64,000 nucleotides of DNA from positions 256,001 through 320,000 of the forward strand of contig CAVZLN010000004.1 in assembly GCA_963776245.1 (NCBI GenBank), in the 5' to 3' direction. A program made the translations under genes and the position numbers. Source of the DNA: Candidatus Eiseniibacteriota bacterium (GTDB taxonomy: Bacteria; Eisenbacteria; RBG-16-71-46). Of this stretch, positions 1 through 8,883 are shown one piece after another. The notes under the pieces were generated by a model. That model saw only the letters and a program-made list of their open reading frames with translations. It was not told the DNA's origin and ran no database searches. Positions within the stretch are counted from its first letter, which is position 1; every line of letters begins with the position of its first letter.

Positions 1-767
1 GGGCTCGACATGTAGAGGAAGCGGCCGTCCACGAAATGGGGCAGGCCCGCGTTCGGCATCACCGCGACCGGCGTGCCCTCGGCGGCCGCCGCGACCTCCT
101 CGAGCACCTCGAGCGTGGCCTGGGGGCCGACGCCGCAATTCACGCCCACGACGTCGGCGCCCGCCTGCTTGAGGGCGCGCACCGCGAGCGCCGGGGTATG
201 GCCGTAGAGCGTCTTGCCGTCCTCGCCGAAAGTCATCTGGGCGATGATCGGCAGGTCGAGCGAGACCCTCCGCACCGCGCGCAACGCGGCCAGCACCTCG
301 TTGAGGTCCTGGAAGGTCTCGAGGATGAACGCGTCGCAGCCGCCCTCGAGCAGGCCCTCGGCGGTGGCCCGGAAGCACTGTTCGGCCTCGGCGACGGTGA
401 TGTGGCCGAACGGCTCGAGCGGCTTGCCGAGGGGCCCGATCGAGCCGGCGACGAACGCGTCGCGCCCCACGATCTCGCGCGCGGCGCGCGCCACCTTGAC
501 GCCCTGGCGGGCGATCAGGCGCACCTTGTCCGCGAGCCCGTGCGGGGCCAGGCGCACCGCGTTGGCGCCGAAGGTGTTGGTCTCGATCAGCTCCGCGCCC
601 GCGGCGAGGTAGTCCCGGTGGACCGATTCGACCAGCGTGGGTTTCGACAGATTGAGCGCGTCGAACGACTGGTCGAAGGGCACGCCCCGCTGGTAGAGGA
701 GCGTGCCCATCGCGCCGTCGGCGAGCAGCGGTCCGCGCGCCAGTCGCTGCAGGAATGGGGAGGCCAT
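1..767 (-). CDS. Homocysteine S-methyltransferase domain protein (probably the bifunctional HMT/MTHFR YitJ type); runs off the window start
   Basis: Not in the ORF track. Manual reverse translation from ATG 767 gives MASPFLQRLARGPLLADGAMGTLLYQRGVPFDQSFDALNL...AGAELIETNTFGAN, the family's DGAMGT and ETNTF motifs. Confidence 0.88.
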   Translation of the reverse strand, partial: MASPFLQRLARGPLLADGAMGTLLYQRGVPFDQSFDALNLSKPTLVESVHRDYLAAGAELIETNTFGANAVRLAPHGLADKVRLIARQGVKVARAAREIVGRDAFVAGSIGPLGKPLEPFGHITVAEAEQCFRATAEGLLEGGCDAFILETFQDLNEVLAALRAVRRVSLDLPIIAQMTFGEDGKTLYGHTPALAVRALKQAGADVVGVNCGVGPQATLEVLEEVAAAAEGTPVAVMPNAGLPHFVDGRFLYMSS

Positions 768-776
768 GGAGGAACG

Positions 777-828
777 ACTCTACGGGCGCGACGCACGGGT
801 TTCAAGCGGGGCGCCCCTCTGATAGAGT
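777..828. promoter_or_regulatory. Overlapping divergent sigma70-type promoters
   Basis: ACTCTA(777-782)-N17-TTTCAA(800-805)-N17-TAGAGT(823-828). Reads TTGAAA-N17-TAGAGT on the minus strand and TGnTAGAGT on the plus strand. Confidence 0.6.
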
Positions 829-836
829 GCGCCGCC

Positions 837-2669
837 GTGAATCCACGCCCGTTCTGCGCGCTCGCGCTCGCCGCCGCGCTCGTCGGTCCACCGCGCCCTG
901 TCGGCGCCGTTCCCAGCGTGCCCGTCCTCGGCGTGGACGACCTGCGCCCCGGGCAGGCCGCCGTGGTGCGTACGGTGTTCGAGGGCGCGCGAATCGACAC
1001 CTTCTCCGCGGTCATCCTCGGCGTGCTCCGCGGCGGGCGGGCGGACGGCGACATGATCCTGGCGCGTGCCACCTCCGAGCGCGTCGAGCGCACCGGCGTG
1101 GCCGCGGGCATGAGCGGCTCGCCGGTCTACGTGGATGGCCGGCTGATCGGCGCGCTCTCCTCGGGATGGCAGTTCACCCGCGAGCCGATCTTCGGGATCA
1201 CCCCGATCGGCGACATGCTCGCCGTGCTCGACCTGCCCGAGGCACCGGCGGGCGAACCGAGCAACGGCCCGGCGGGAGCGGAACTCGAACGCGCCGCCGG
1301 AGCGCGCTTCCGCGAGTTCCACTGGAGCGACGACGACGCGCCGGCCGCGCCCGAGGTCCCGGCGGGCGCCCCGCTCGTGGAATCGCTCGCCGCGCGCCGT
1401 CTCCCGCTGCCGCTGGTGTGCTCGGGCCTGCGGCCCGAGGCGCTCGGTGCGCTGGCGCAGGCGCTCGCGCCGCTCGGCTTCGAGGCCGTCCCGGGCGGCC
1501 GCGCCGCCGGCGGCGGGCCGGCGCCCGACGCGCTGGTGCCGGGCGCCGCGGTGGCGGTGGACGTCATGCGCGGGGACCTCCAGCTGTCCGCCATCGGGAC
1601 CGTGACCTATCGCGACGGGGACCGCGTGCTCATCTTCGGGCACCCGTTCTTCCAGGCCGGCGACGTGCGTCTGCCGCTCTCCACCGCCGAGATCGTGACC
1701 GTCATCCCGAGCGCGGCGTCGTCGTTCAAGCTCGGGGTGCGCGGGCAGGCGGCGGGGGTCGCGACCCAGGACCGGCATTCCGCGGTGGCCGGACGCATCG
1801 GCGGTAGCGCGCGCCTGATGCCGCTGCGGGTCTCGGTCGCGGGAGCGAAGCGCCCGCGCCAGACGTTCCGTTTCGAGTGCATCGAGGACCGCCTGATGGC
1901 GCCGAGCCTGATCGCGGCGGCGGCCGCCAACAGCCTGCTCGAGAGCGGGGGCGCGAGCGGCGCGCAGACCCTGCGCTGGACGCTCCGCATCCATCGCCCC
2001 GGCGCCTCGCCGCTCACCCTGTCCGACGTCGCCGTCGGCGATTCGCCGCCCAACGACCTGGTCAGCGGCGTCACCGGGCCGCTCCGGTTCCTGCTCGGGA
2101 ATCCATTCGCGCGCGTCACCTTCGACAGCGTCACGGTGGACCTCGAGGTCGAGCCGTGGCGCGAACAGTGGACGCTGCGGAGCGCGCGCCTGCTGGATGC
2201 CGCGGTGCGACCGGGCGGGGTGGTGAGAGTGCGGGTCGAACTGGAGCGCTGGCGCGGCGGGCGCGAGACCCGCAGTGTCGAGCTGCGCATGCCCGAGGAG
2301 GCGCCCGAGGGGCGCTACACGCTCTACATCGGCGGCGGCGCCGAGTACACGCGCTACGAGGCCGTGCGGCTGCCGGCGCGCTACCGTCCGACCTCGCTCG
2401 ACGAGGCGTGGGAGCGGCTGCGGGGCTCGCGCGCCTCGGACGGGCTCTACCTCGCCCTGTACGCGCGCGCCACCGAGATGACGTCGGATGGCCGCGACTA
2501 TCCCGAGCTCCCGCTCTCGGCGCTCACGGTGTTCGCCAGCGGGCAGAGCGCCGGGGAACGCGGCCGCCGCGGGGAGGCCGCGGTGCTCGACGAACAACGC
2601 GCCCGGATCGCCGGTCCGGTGCGGGGCGAGTTGCTGCTCAACGTGACCGTGGACCGCAGGACCCCATGA
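837..2669 (+). CDS. Exported SpoIVB-like peptidase S55 domain protein
   Basis: GTG 837 is followed by a signal peptide. GVAAGMSGSPVYVDGRLIGALS catalytic-Ser motif and GTVTYRDGDRVLIFGHPF motif. Confidence 0.85.
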   Translation: MNPRPFCALALAAALVGPPRPVGAVPSVPVLGVDDLRPGQAAVVRTVFEGARIDTFSAVILGVLRGGRADGDMILARATSERVERTGVAAGMSGSPVYVDGRLIGALSSGWQFTREPIFGITPIGDMLAVLDLPEAPAGEPSNGPAGAELERAAGARFREFHWSDDDAPAAPEVPAGAPLVESLAARRLPLPLVCSGLRPEALGALAQALAPLGFEAVPGGRAAGGGPAPDALVPGAAVAVDVMRGDLQLSAIGTVTYRDGDRVLIFGHPFFQAGDVRLPLSTAEIVTVIPSAASSFKLGVRGQAAGVATQDRHSAVAGRIGGSARLMPLRVSVAGAKRPRQTFRFECIEDRLMAPSLIAAAAANSLLESGGASGAQTLRWTLRIHRPGASPLTLSDVAVGDSPPNDLVSGVTGPLRFLLGNPFARVTFDSVTVDLEVEPWREQWTLRSARLLDAAVRPGGVVRVRVELERWRGGRETRSVELRMPEEAPEGRYTLYIGGGAEYTRYEAVRLPARYRPTSLDEAWERLRGSRASDGLYLALYARATEMTSDGRDYPELPLSALTVFASGQSAGERGRRGEAAVLDEQRARIAGPVRGELLLNVTVDRRTP

Positions 2670-4807
2670 CCGCCGGAGGCACCGTGTCGTCCATCCCGAA
2701 CCGCCCGGGGGCCCGCTTCGCGTGTGCCCTGCTGCTGGTCATCCTCGCCGCGGATCTCGCGGCCGCCGCCGATACGCAGTGGTGGATCGCCAACAGCGTG
2801 GCGGAGTACTCCAAGTCGGAGTCCCGCGGGGTCGTGGTGCGGCCGGACGGCTCGCTCGAGATCGGCCCCGCGACCCTCCAGAGCCGCGCCGACAGCCTCA
2901 CCGTGGTGTGGGCGGTGGCGGTGCTCAAGGACGGATCGGTGGCCCTCGGAGGGGACCGCGGGCGCATCGACCGCTGGACGCCCGAAGGCGGGATCCGGCC
3001 GTGGACCCGGGTCGCGAGCGGTCAGGTGCTCTGCCTGGCGGCCGATGGCGACGGGGTGGTGGCGGGCACCGGTCCGGACGGCGTGGTGTGGCGCCTGTCG
3101 GCGAAGGGGGACACCAGCCGCATCGCGAGCACCGGCGAGCGCTACGTGTGGGCACTGGCGCCCGCGCCGAAGGGGGGATGGTGGGCGGCCTCCGGCACGC
3201 GCGGCCGCCTGCTGCGGATCGTCGCGGGCAAGGTGAGCATCGTGCTCGACACCGACGAGAGCAACCTCGTGTGCCTGCTGCCCGATGGGCACGGGGGGGT
3301 GTACGCCGGGGGAGACTCGCGCGGACGCATCGTGCAGGTGACGGCCGACGGCACGCCGCGCACGGTGTTCGACGCGTCCGAGGACGAGATCCGGGCGCTG
3401 GCGATCGGCCGGGACGGGGCGCTCTACGCCGCCGCCCTGAGCGCCTCGGCGGTGAATGAAGAAGACGAGCCGGACGGTCCGCGGCCGGCCGCCGCGGCGG
3501 TCACCGGCGGGCGCGCGGTGATCTACCGCGTGGTGCCCGACTCGTCCGCGTACACGTTCTGGACCTCGCCCCAGCCGTTCGTGTTCGCGCTCCAGCCGAC
3601 CGCGGACGGCATCGTCGCCGCCACCGGCGGGCGCGCGGCGCTCTACCGGCTCGGGTCGGAGGGCGGAGCCACCCAGTTGCTCGCGTTGCCCCAGGGCCAG
3701 GTCACTGCCCTCGCCACCGGCGCGGATGGACGGCTCTACGCCGCGACCTCGAACCCGGCCGGGCTGTGGCGCGTGGGTCCGGGCCGGGCGGAGAAGGGCG
3801 AGTTGCTCTCCCAGGTCTGGGACGCGCACCGCGTCGCGCGCTTCGGCTCGCTGCGCTGGATCGGGGACGCGAGCGGGGGTCGCGTAGAGCTGTTCGCGCG
3901 CTGCGGCAACACCGAACCTCCCGACACCACCTGGAGCGCGTGGCGGGGTGGGGCCGCCGCCGACGGCGCCGTCCGCCCCGACCTCGTGCCCGCGCGATTC
4001 ATGCAATGGAAGGTCGTGCTGACGGGCGGTGCGCCACGGCTGACCTCGGTCGAAGCCGCGTGGCGCGAACAGAATCAGCCGCCGCGGATCGAGGACCTGG
4101 TGGTGGCGCCGCAGGGCGGCGCGTTCCGCGAGGGCGACCTGACGCCGCGTTCGGAGTCGGTGACCCAGACCCTCCCGGGCGGGCAGAAGGTGGAGTACTC
4201 GATGCCCAGCTCCACGACTCCGAAGCAGCTGCGCGCCCTCCCCGCGTGGGCCCGCGGGCTGCGCACGGTGCAGTGGAAGGGTGTGGACCCGAATGGGGAC
4301 GCGCTGCGCTACCGGGTGGACGCGCGCCGCGAGCCCGGCGGTCCGTGGTTCAAGCTCGGTGACGACCTCGAGGACAGCGCGTTCACCTGGGACACCAACG
4401 CGCTGCCGGACGGCTACTACCGGCTGCGGGTGCAGGCGTCCGACCGGACGCGCAATGCGGTGGGGGAAGAGCGCACGGCGGAGGCGCTCTCCGAGCCGTT
4501 CACGCTCGACAACACCGCGCCCACGGTCAGCGCGCTCGAGGCGACCGCCGAGCCCGGCGCGATCCGCATCGCCGGGCGTGCCGAGGACGCGTTCAGCCCG
4601 CTCGCGCGCCTCGAGGCGACCGTGGACGACGGCGACTGGCGGACGGTGACCCCCGATGTCGGGCTGACCGACGAACGCGCGCTCTCGTTCCACGCCCGCC
4701 TCGACGGGGTCGAGCCGGGAGAGCACTCGGTGGGCGTGCGCGTCGTGGACCTGGCGGGCAACGCGGTCACCCGGGCCGCGCGCGTGACCGTTCCCAAGGC
4801 GCGCTGA
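2666..4807 (+). CDS. Exported beta-propeller protein with C-terminal fibronectin/Ig-like domains
   Basis: ATGA overlap with the S55 gene (alternative GTG 2684 after GGAGG). Signal peptide, repeated VWALA..DG.LYAAT blades, C-terminal WDTNALPDGYYRLRVQASD and DNTAPTV Ig-like segments. Confidence 0.75.
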   Translation: MTAGGTVSSIPNRPGARFACALLLVILAADLAAAADTQWWIANSVAEYSKSESRGVVVRPDGSLEIGPATLQSRADSLTVVWAVAVLKDGSVALGGDRGRIDRWTPEGGIRPWTRVASGQVLCLAADGDGVVAGTGPDGVVWRLSAKGDTSRIASTGERYVWALAPAPKGGWWAASGTRGRLLRIVAGKVSIVLDTDESNLVCLLPDGHGGVYAGGDSRGRIVQVTADGTPRTVFDASEDEIRALAIGRDGALYAAALSASAVNEEDEPDGPRPAAAAVTGGRAVIYRVVPDSSAYTFWTSPQPFVFALQPTADGIVAATGGRAALYRLGSEGGATQLLALPQGQVTALATGADGRLYAATSNPAGLWRVGPGRAEKGELLSQVWDAHRVARFGSLRWIGDASGGRVELFARCGNTEPPDTTWSAWRGGAAADGAVRPDLVPARFMQWKVVLTGGAPRLTSVEAAWREQNQPPRIEDLVVAPQGGAFREGDLTPRSESVTQTLPGGQKVEYSMPSSTTPKQLRALPAWARGLRTVQWKGVDPNGDALRYRVDARREPGGPWFKLGDDLEDSAFTWDTNALPDGYYRLRVQASDRTRNAVGEERTAEALSEPFTLDNTAPTVSALEATAEPGAIRIAGRAEDAFSPLARLEATVDDGDWRTVTPDVGLTDERALSFHARLDGVEPGEHSVGVRVVDLAGNAVTRAARVTVPKAR

Positions 4808-4849
4808 GCGTCCTGCGCCGTTCGGCCGTCTGACGAAGGGGCCGTCTCC

Positions 4850-6766
4850 ATGTTCCGACCGCTGCTCGAAGCGATCCGGTCCGAGGTCTCGGGCGCCCGC
4901 GCGCTCGAGAACGTCCAGGCGCTCGCGCGCTTCCATCGCATCCAGGCCAGCCCCGGATACGACGAGGCCGCTGCCTGGCTCGCCGGCGTGCTCGACACGC
5001 TGGAATGCGTCACCGAGATCGACCACGCGCCGGGGGACGGGCGCACGCGCATTCTCGGCGCGCTCATGCCGGAGGGCTGGTGGTGCGATCACGCCACCGC
5101 GACCCTGATCGACGGCGCCCACCGCGAGACGGTGTGCGACTGGTCGACCCTGCGACTCTCGCTGATCCAGCGCAGCGCGCCGGCCCACGGACGCTTCCCG
5201 ATGGTCGACGTGGGGGAGGGCACCGAGGCCGAGCACTACGCCGGGCTCGACGTCCGGGGCGCCGTCGTGCTGGCGGCTGGCCCGGCGATGCGCGTGCACG
5301 CGCTGGCGATCGAAGAGCGCGGCGCCGCCGGCATTCTCACCGACACGCGCCGCCTGGTGGACCCGGTGCGCACCGCGGACACCGATCCGGACGCGGTCGC
5401 GTACACCTCGTTCTGGTGGTCGGGCGAGGCACCGCGCGGCTGGGGGTTCGCCGTGAGCCCGCGCGTCGCCGCCGCGCTGCGCGAGCGGTTGCGCGGCGGC
5501 GCGCGACTCGCGCTCGACGCGGAGATCCGTTCCCGCGCGTTCACGGCGCGGATCCCCCTGCTTTCCGCGCTGCTCCCCGGCGAGCTCCCGGGCGAGGCGC
5601 TGGTGGTCGCGCATCTGTGTCACCCGGAGCCCTCGGCCAACGACAACGCGTCCGGGGTCGCGGCGTCGCTGGAAGCACTGCGCGCCCTGATCGCGCTGCG
5701 GGCGCGGGGCGCGTTCCCGGCCGCGCGCTCGCGCACGGTGCGATTCCTGTGGGTCCCCGAGATCACCGGCACGCATGCGTGGCTCGGCGGGGACCCCGGC
5801 CGCCCGGTGCGCGTGACGGCGGCGCTCGGCCTCGACATGGTGGGTGCCGACCAGGAGGCGGTGGGGAGCACGTTCCTGCTCGAGCATCCGCCCTGCTTCG
5901 CCGCCTCGTTCGCCGAGGAGCTGATGGCCCGCATCCGCGCGGAGGCGGTCGACTGGGTGAACTCCTACAGCGGTCCCGGGTACGTGCCGCGCACGCGCAT
6001 GGCCGAGGTGCCGTACTCGGGCGGGAGCGACCACGCGGTGTTCATCGACCCCGGGCTCGGCGTGCCCTGCCCGCTGCTCATCCAGTGGCCCGACCGCTAC
6101 TACCATTCCTCGCTCGACACCCCCGAGCGCTGCGACCCCCGCTCGCTCGCGCTGAGCGCGCGGTGTGCGGCGACCTACGCCGCCTTCGTCGCCGCCGCCG
6201 GCCCCGACGAGACGCGCTGGCTGTTGGGCGCGTGCGCGCGCGGGGCGCGCCGCCGTCTGCTCGCCGCCGCGGACGCCCCGGCGGCCGAGCGCCAGGTGGC
6301 GCGCGAACGCCTGCGGGCCCACGCGGCGTTCGCCAGCCTCGCGCGGCTCGGGCTTCCCGCCGACGAGGTCACCGGGTCCATCCGCGCGCTCGGCGAGTTC
6401 GTGAAGCGCGAGGGACTGCCCGCGCACGCCGCACTCCCGGAGGGCCACGCCGATCCCGCGGGCAGCGCGGGGCGCGCCGCACGGCCGCGGCGTGCGACCG
6501 GCGCGCCGCTCGACATGATGCGTCACCTGTTGCCGGGCTGGAGGGACCTGACCCGCGAGGAGCGCGAGCGCTGGCGCGCCGACGATGCCGAGGTGCCGGG
6601 CGGCGCCACCACCCTCGAGCTGGCATGGTACGCCGCCGACGGCGAGCGCACCCTCGGCCAGATCGCGGTCATGGTCTGGCTCGAGAGCGGGGTGTACGCG
6701 CCCGGCGCGCTCGAGCGCTTCTTCGGCTGGACGGCACGCCTGGGACTCTCGCACCTGGAGGGATGA
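4850..6766 (+). CDS. DUF4910 / M28-family metallopeptidase with PA-like insert
   Basis: HRIQASPG, AHLCHP..SANDNASG, PEITG, LDMVG, GGSDH and YHSSLDTP motifs; no signal peptide. Confidence 0.8.
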   Translation: MFRPLLEAIRSEVSGARALENVQALARFHRIQASPGYDEAAAWLAGVLDTLECVTEIDHAPGDGRTRILGALMPEGWWCDHATATLIDGAHRETVCDWSTLRLSLIQRSAPAHGRFPMVDVGEGTEAEHYAGLDVRGAVVLAAGPAMRVHALAIEERGAAGILTDTRRLVDPVRTADTDPDAVAYTSFWWSGEAPRGWGFAVSPRVAAALRERLRGGARLALDAEIRSRAFTARIPLLSALLPGELPGEALVVAHLCHPEPSANDNASGVAASLEALRALIALRARGAFPAARSRTVRFLWVPEITGTHAWLGGDPGRPVRVTAALGLDMVGADQEAVGSTFLLEHPPCFAASFAEELMARIRAEAVDWVNSYSGPGYVPRTRMAEVPYSGGSDHAVFIDPGLGVPCPLLIQWPDRYYHSSLDTPERCDPRSLALSARCAATYAAFVAAAGPDETRWLLGACARGARRRLLAAADAPAAERQVARERLRAHAAFASLARLGLPADEVTGSIRALGEFVKREGLPAHAALPEGHADPAGSAGRAARPRRATGAPLDMMRHLLPGWRDLTREERERWRADDAEVPGGATTLELAWYAADGERTLGQIAVMVWLESGVYAPGALERFFGWTARLGLSHLEG

Positions 6767-6767
6767 G

Positions 6768-7193
6768 ATGGAGCACCGCCGCACCCGCTATGGCCACGTG
6801 CTGCGCCTCGATCCGGGGGAGGAGATCGTCACCGCGCTGCGCGAGTTCGCCGCGAGCGAGAACGTGCGCGCGGGAACGCTCTCCGGCATCGGTGCCGCCG
6901 GCGACATCGAACTGGGCTACTTCATCCGCGCCACGCGGGAGTACGTGCGACGCACGTTCCCGGGCGAGTGGGAGATCGTCGCGCTCACCGGGAACCTGAG
7001 CGAACTCGAGGGGGTGCCCTTCCCGCACTGTCACATGACGCTGGGGGGCGAGGACTTCTCGGCGCACGGCGGACACCTGTTCCGGGCCACCGTCACGGTG
7101 ACGTGCGAGATCCACATCGTCACCGACCCCGACCCGATCCGCCGGGTGGCGCGCCCCGACCTCGGCTACAACCCGCTCGCTCCGCGCGGGTGA
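6768..7193 (+). CDS. PPC domain (DUF296) protein
   Basis: LRLDPGEEI, GIGA, EIVALTGN, HCHMTLG, HGGHL motifs; ATG 1 nt after the upstream stop. Confidence 0.88.
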   Translation: MEHRRTRYGHVLRLDPGEEIVTALREFAASENVRAGTLSGIGAAGDIELGYFIRATREYVRRTFPGEWEIVALTGNLSELEGVPFPHCHMTLGGEDFSAHGGHLFRATVTVTCEIHIVTDPDPIRRVARPDLGYNPLAPRG

Positions 7194-7957
7194 GGGCGGC
7201 CGGCGCGGGCACGCGTGCGGCGGGGGCCGCGCCGGTTGGACGCCTTCTTCTGGTAGCGGGCGAGCGGCACGAGCTGGGCCTGCTGGATCGCCGCCTTCGG
7301 GCCCGGATTGCGGCCGCCGCCGTTGGCGGCCGGCAGCGAGGGGTCGGACGCGAAGGCGGCGATCCGGTCCACCACGTCCATGCCGGCGATCACCGTGCCG
7401 AACACGGTGTACCCGCGGCGGTCGAGCTCCGCCGACGGCGCCACCTCGATGAAGAACTGCGAGCCGTTCGAAGCGCGCGTGGGGTTCTGGCCGTCTGCCG
7501 CACGCGCGGTCGCCACGGCGCCGCGGACGTGGCGCAGCTTGATCTCGGCCGGGACCCGGTAGGCCGGGCCACCGAGACCGTCGTTCGCGGGGTTGGCGTC
7601 CCGCGAGTTCGGGTCACCGCCCTGGATCATGAAGCCCGCGATCACGCGGTGGAAGCACGTGCCGTCGTAGAAGCCCTGTCCCACGAGCTTGCGGAAGTTG
7701 GCGCAGGTCTTCGGCGCGGCGGCGTCCTCGAGGCGGAGGACGATGTCGCCGAGGGCGGTCCGCAGCACGACGGCCTGCGCATCGGAGGGCGCCGGGGGCG
7801 GCGGCAGAGATGGCCGCAGCGGTCCGCTCGCGTGGCCGGCGCGGACCGGCGCCGGAGGTCCCGGCGCCTTCGCCGAGCGCGGCGCGGCCTTCACCGCGGC
7901 CTGGAGCGGGCTGGCGAGCAGCAGGGCGAGGCACGACGCGAAGAGCATTCGGGACAT
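7166..7957 (-). CDS. Exported cyclophilin-type peptidyl-prolyl isomerase
   Basis: GGAGGA RBS, signal peptide, FYDGTCFHRVIAGFMIQGGDP, SNGSQFFI, YTVFGTVIAGMDVV. Confidence 0.9.
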   Translation of the reverse strand: MSRMLFASCLALLLASPLQAAVKAAPRSAKAPGPPAPVRAGHASGPLRPSLPPPPAPSDAQAVVLRTALGDIVLRLEDAAAPKTCANFRKLVGQGFYDGTCFHRVIAGFMIQGGDPNSRDANPANDGLGGPAYRVPAEIKLRHVRGAVATARAADGQNPTRASNGSQFFIEVAPSAELDRRGYTVFGTVIAGMDVVDRIAAFASDPSLPAANGGGRNPGPKAAIQQAQLVPLARYQKKASNRRGPRRTRARAGRPHPRGASGL

Positions 7958-8052
7958 CTTCGTTCCTCCGGAGGATCGTGGGGTGCGGTCCGCGGACGCC
8001 GCGGCGCGGTCAGGACGGGCCGGGAGTGCAGGGCAATGCGCGCGCGGACTTG

Positions 8053-8823
8053 CTATACTCCCCGCCGCTCCGCCGGGGACCGATCCCGGATCGCGGCGAC
8101 CGCCCACAGGCGGCCGGTGACACCGCGGTCGCGGCGGTGCGAGAAGTACCAGTAGGGCTCGCAGGCGGTGCACGCGCCGGTGTCGAAGATGCGCGACTCG
8201 GGCACCCCGGCGTCGATCAGGCCGCGGCGCGCCGCAGCCACGATGTCGAGGGTCCAGCGGTCGCCGCGGCGGGTGGCGAATGCGGCCGGGAAGCGTTCGA
8301 GCACGTCCTCGCGGACCTCGTAGCAGCAGCTCCGGATGCAGGGGCCGAGATGCACCGAGACGCGCTCCGGCGCGCAGGCCGCGGCGGCGGTCAAGGCGTC
8401 GAGCGCCGCCCGCGGCATGCCGGCGGCGATGCCCCGCCAGCCCGCGTGGGCGGCGGCCACCGCGCCGGGCGCATGATAGAGCAGGGCGAGACAGTCGGCG
8501 GTGGTCACCGCCAGCGCCAGGCCGGGCACGGTGGTGACGAGTGCGTCGCGGCCGGGGGAATGACCGGGGGCGGTCACGCGGGAGACGTCCGCGCCGTGCA
8601 CCTGGCCCGCGGTGGCGAGGGCGCTCACGCCAAGCGCGTCGAGCAGCCGGCGGCGGTTCTTCGCCACCGCGCCGTCGTCGTCGTCGGTGGATCGTCCGAG
8701 GTTGAGGGAGTCGTAGGGGGGCCGGCTGAACCCGTCACGACGGGTGGAGAAGGCGAGAACGCCGTCGCCGGGCGCGTCCCAGCGCCAGCGGGGCGGCGCG
8801 AGTCCGGCATCGAGCGTCCACAT
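8053..8823 (-). CDS. pgeF: Peptidoglycan editing factor / YfiH laccase-domain protein
   Basis: FSTRRDGFS, SLNLG, QVHG, TADCL, AHAGWRG, GPCI..CCYEV, CTAC...YFSHRR motifs. Confidence 0.9.
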   Translation of the reverse strand: MWTLDAGLAPPRWRWDAPGDGVLAFSTRRDGFSRPPYDSLNLGRSTDDDDGAVAKNRRRLLDALGVSALATAGQVHGADVSRVTAPGHSPGRDALVTTVPGLALAVTTADCLALLYHAPGAVAAAHAGWRGIAAGMPRAALDALTAAAACAPERVSVHLGPCIRSCCYEVREDVLERFPAAFATRRGDRWTLDIVAAARRGLIDAGVPESRIFDTGACTACEPYWYFSHRRDRGVTGRLWAVAAIRDRSPAERRGV

Positions 8824-8832
8824 GGCGCACGC

Positions 8833-8861
8833 AACCTAGAGAAGGGCCATCACACGGTCAA
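8833..8861 (-). promoter_or_regulatory. sigma70-type promoter of pgeF (near-leaderless)
   Basis: TTGACC-N17-TAGGTT, then 9 nt to the ATG, no SD. Confidence 0.65.
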
Positions 8862-8883
8862 GCCACACGGCGGGAGGAGACAC

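Noticed and set aside
768..836. SAM or cobalamin riboswitch before the methionine synthesis gene
   Set aside because: Only 69 nt, filled by promoter elements; no aptamer motif
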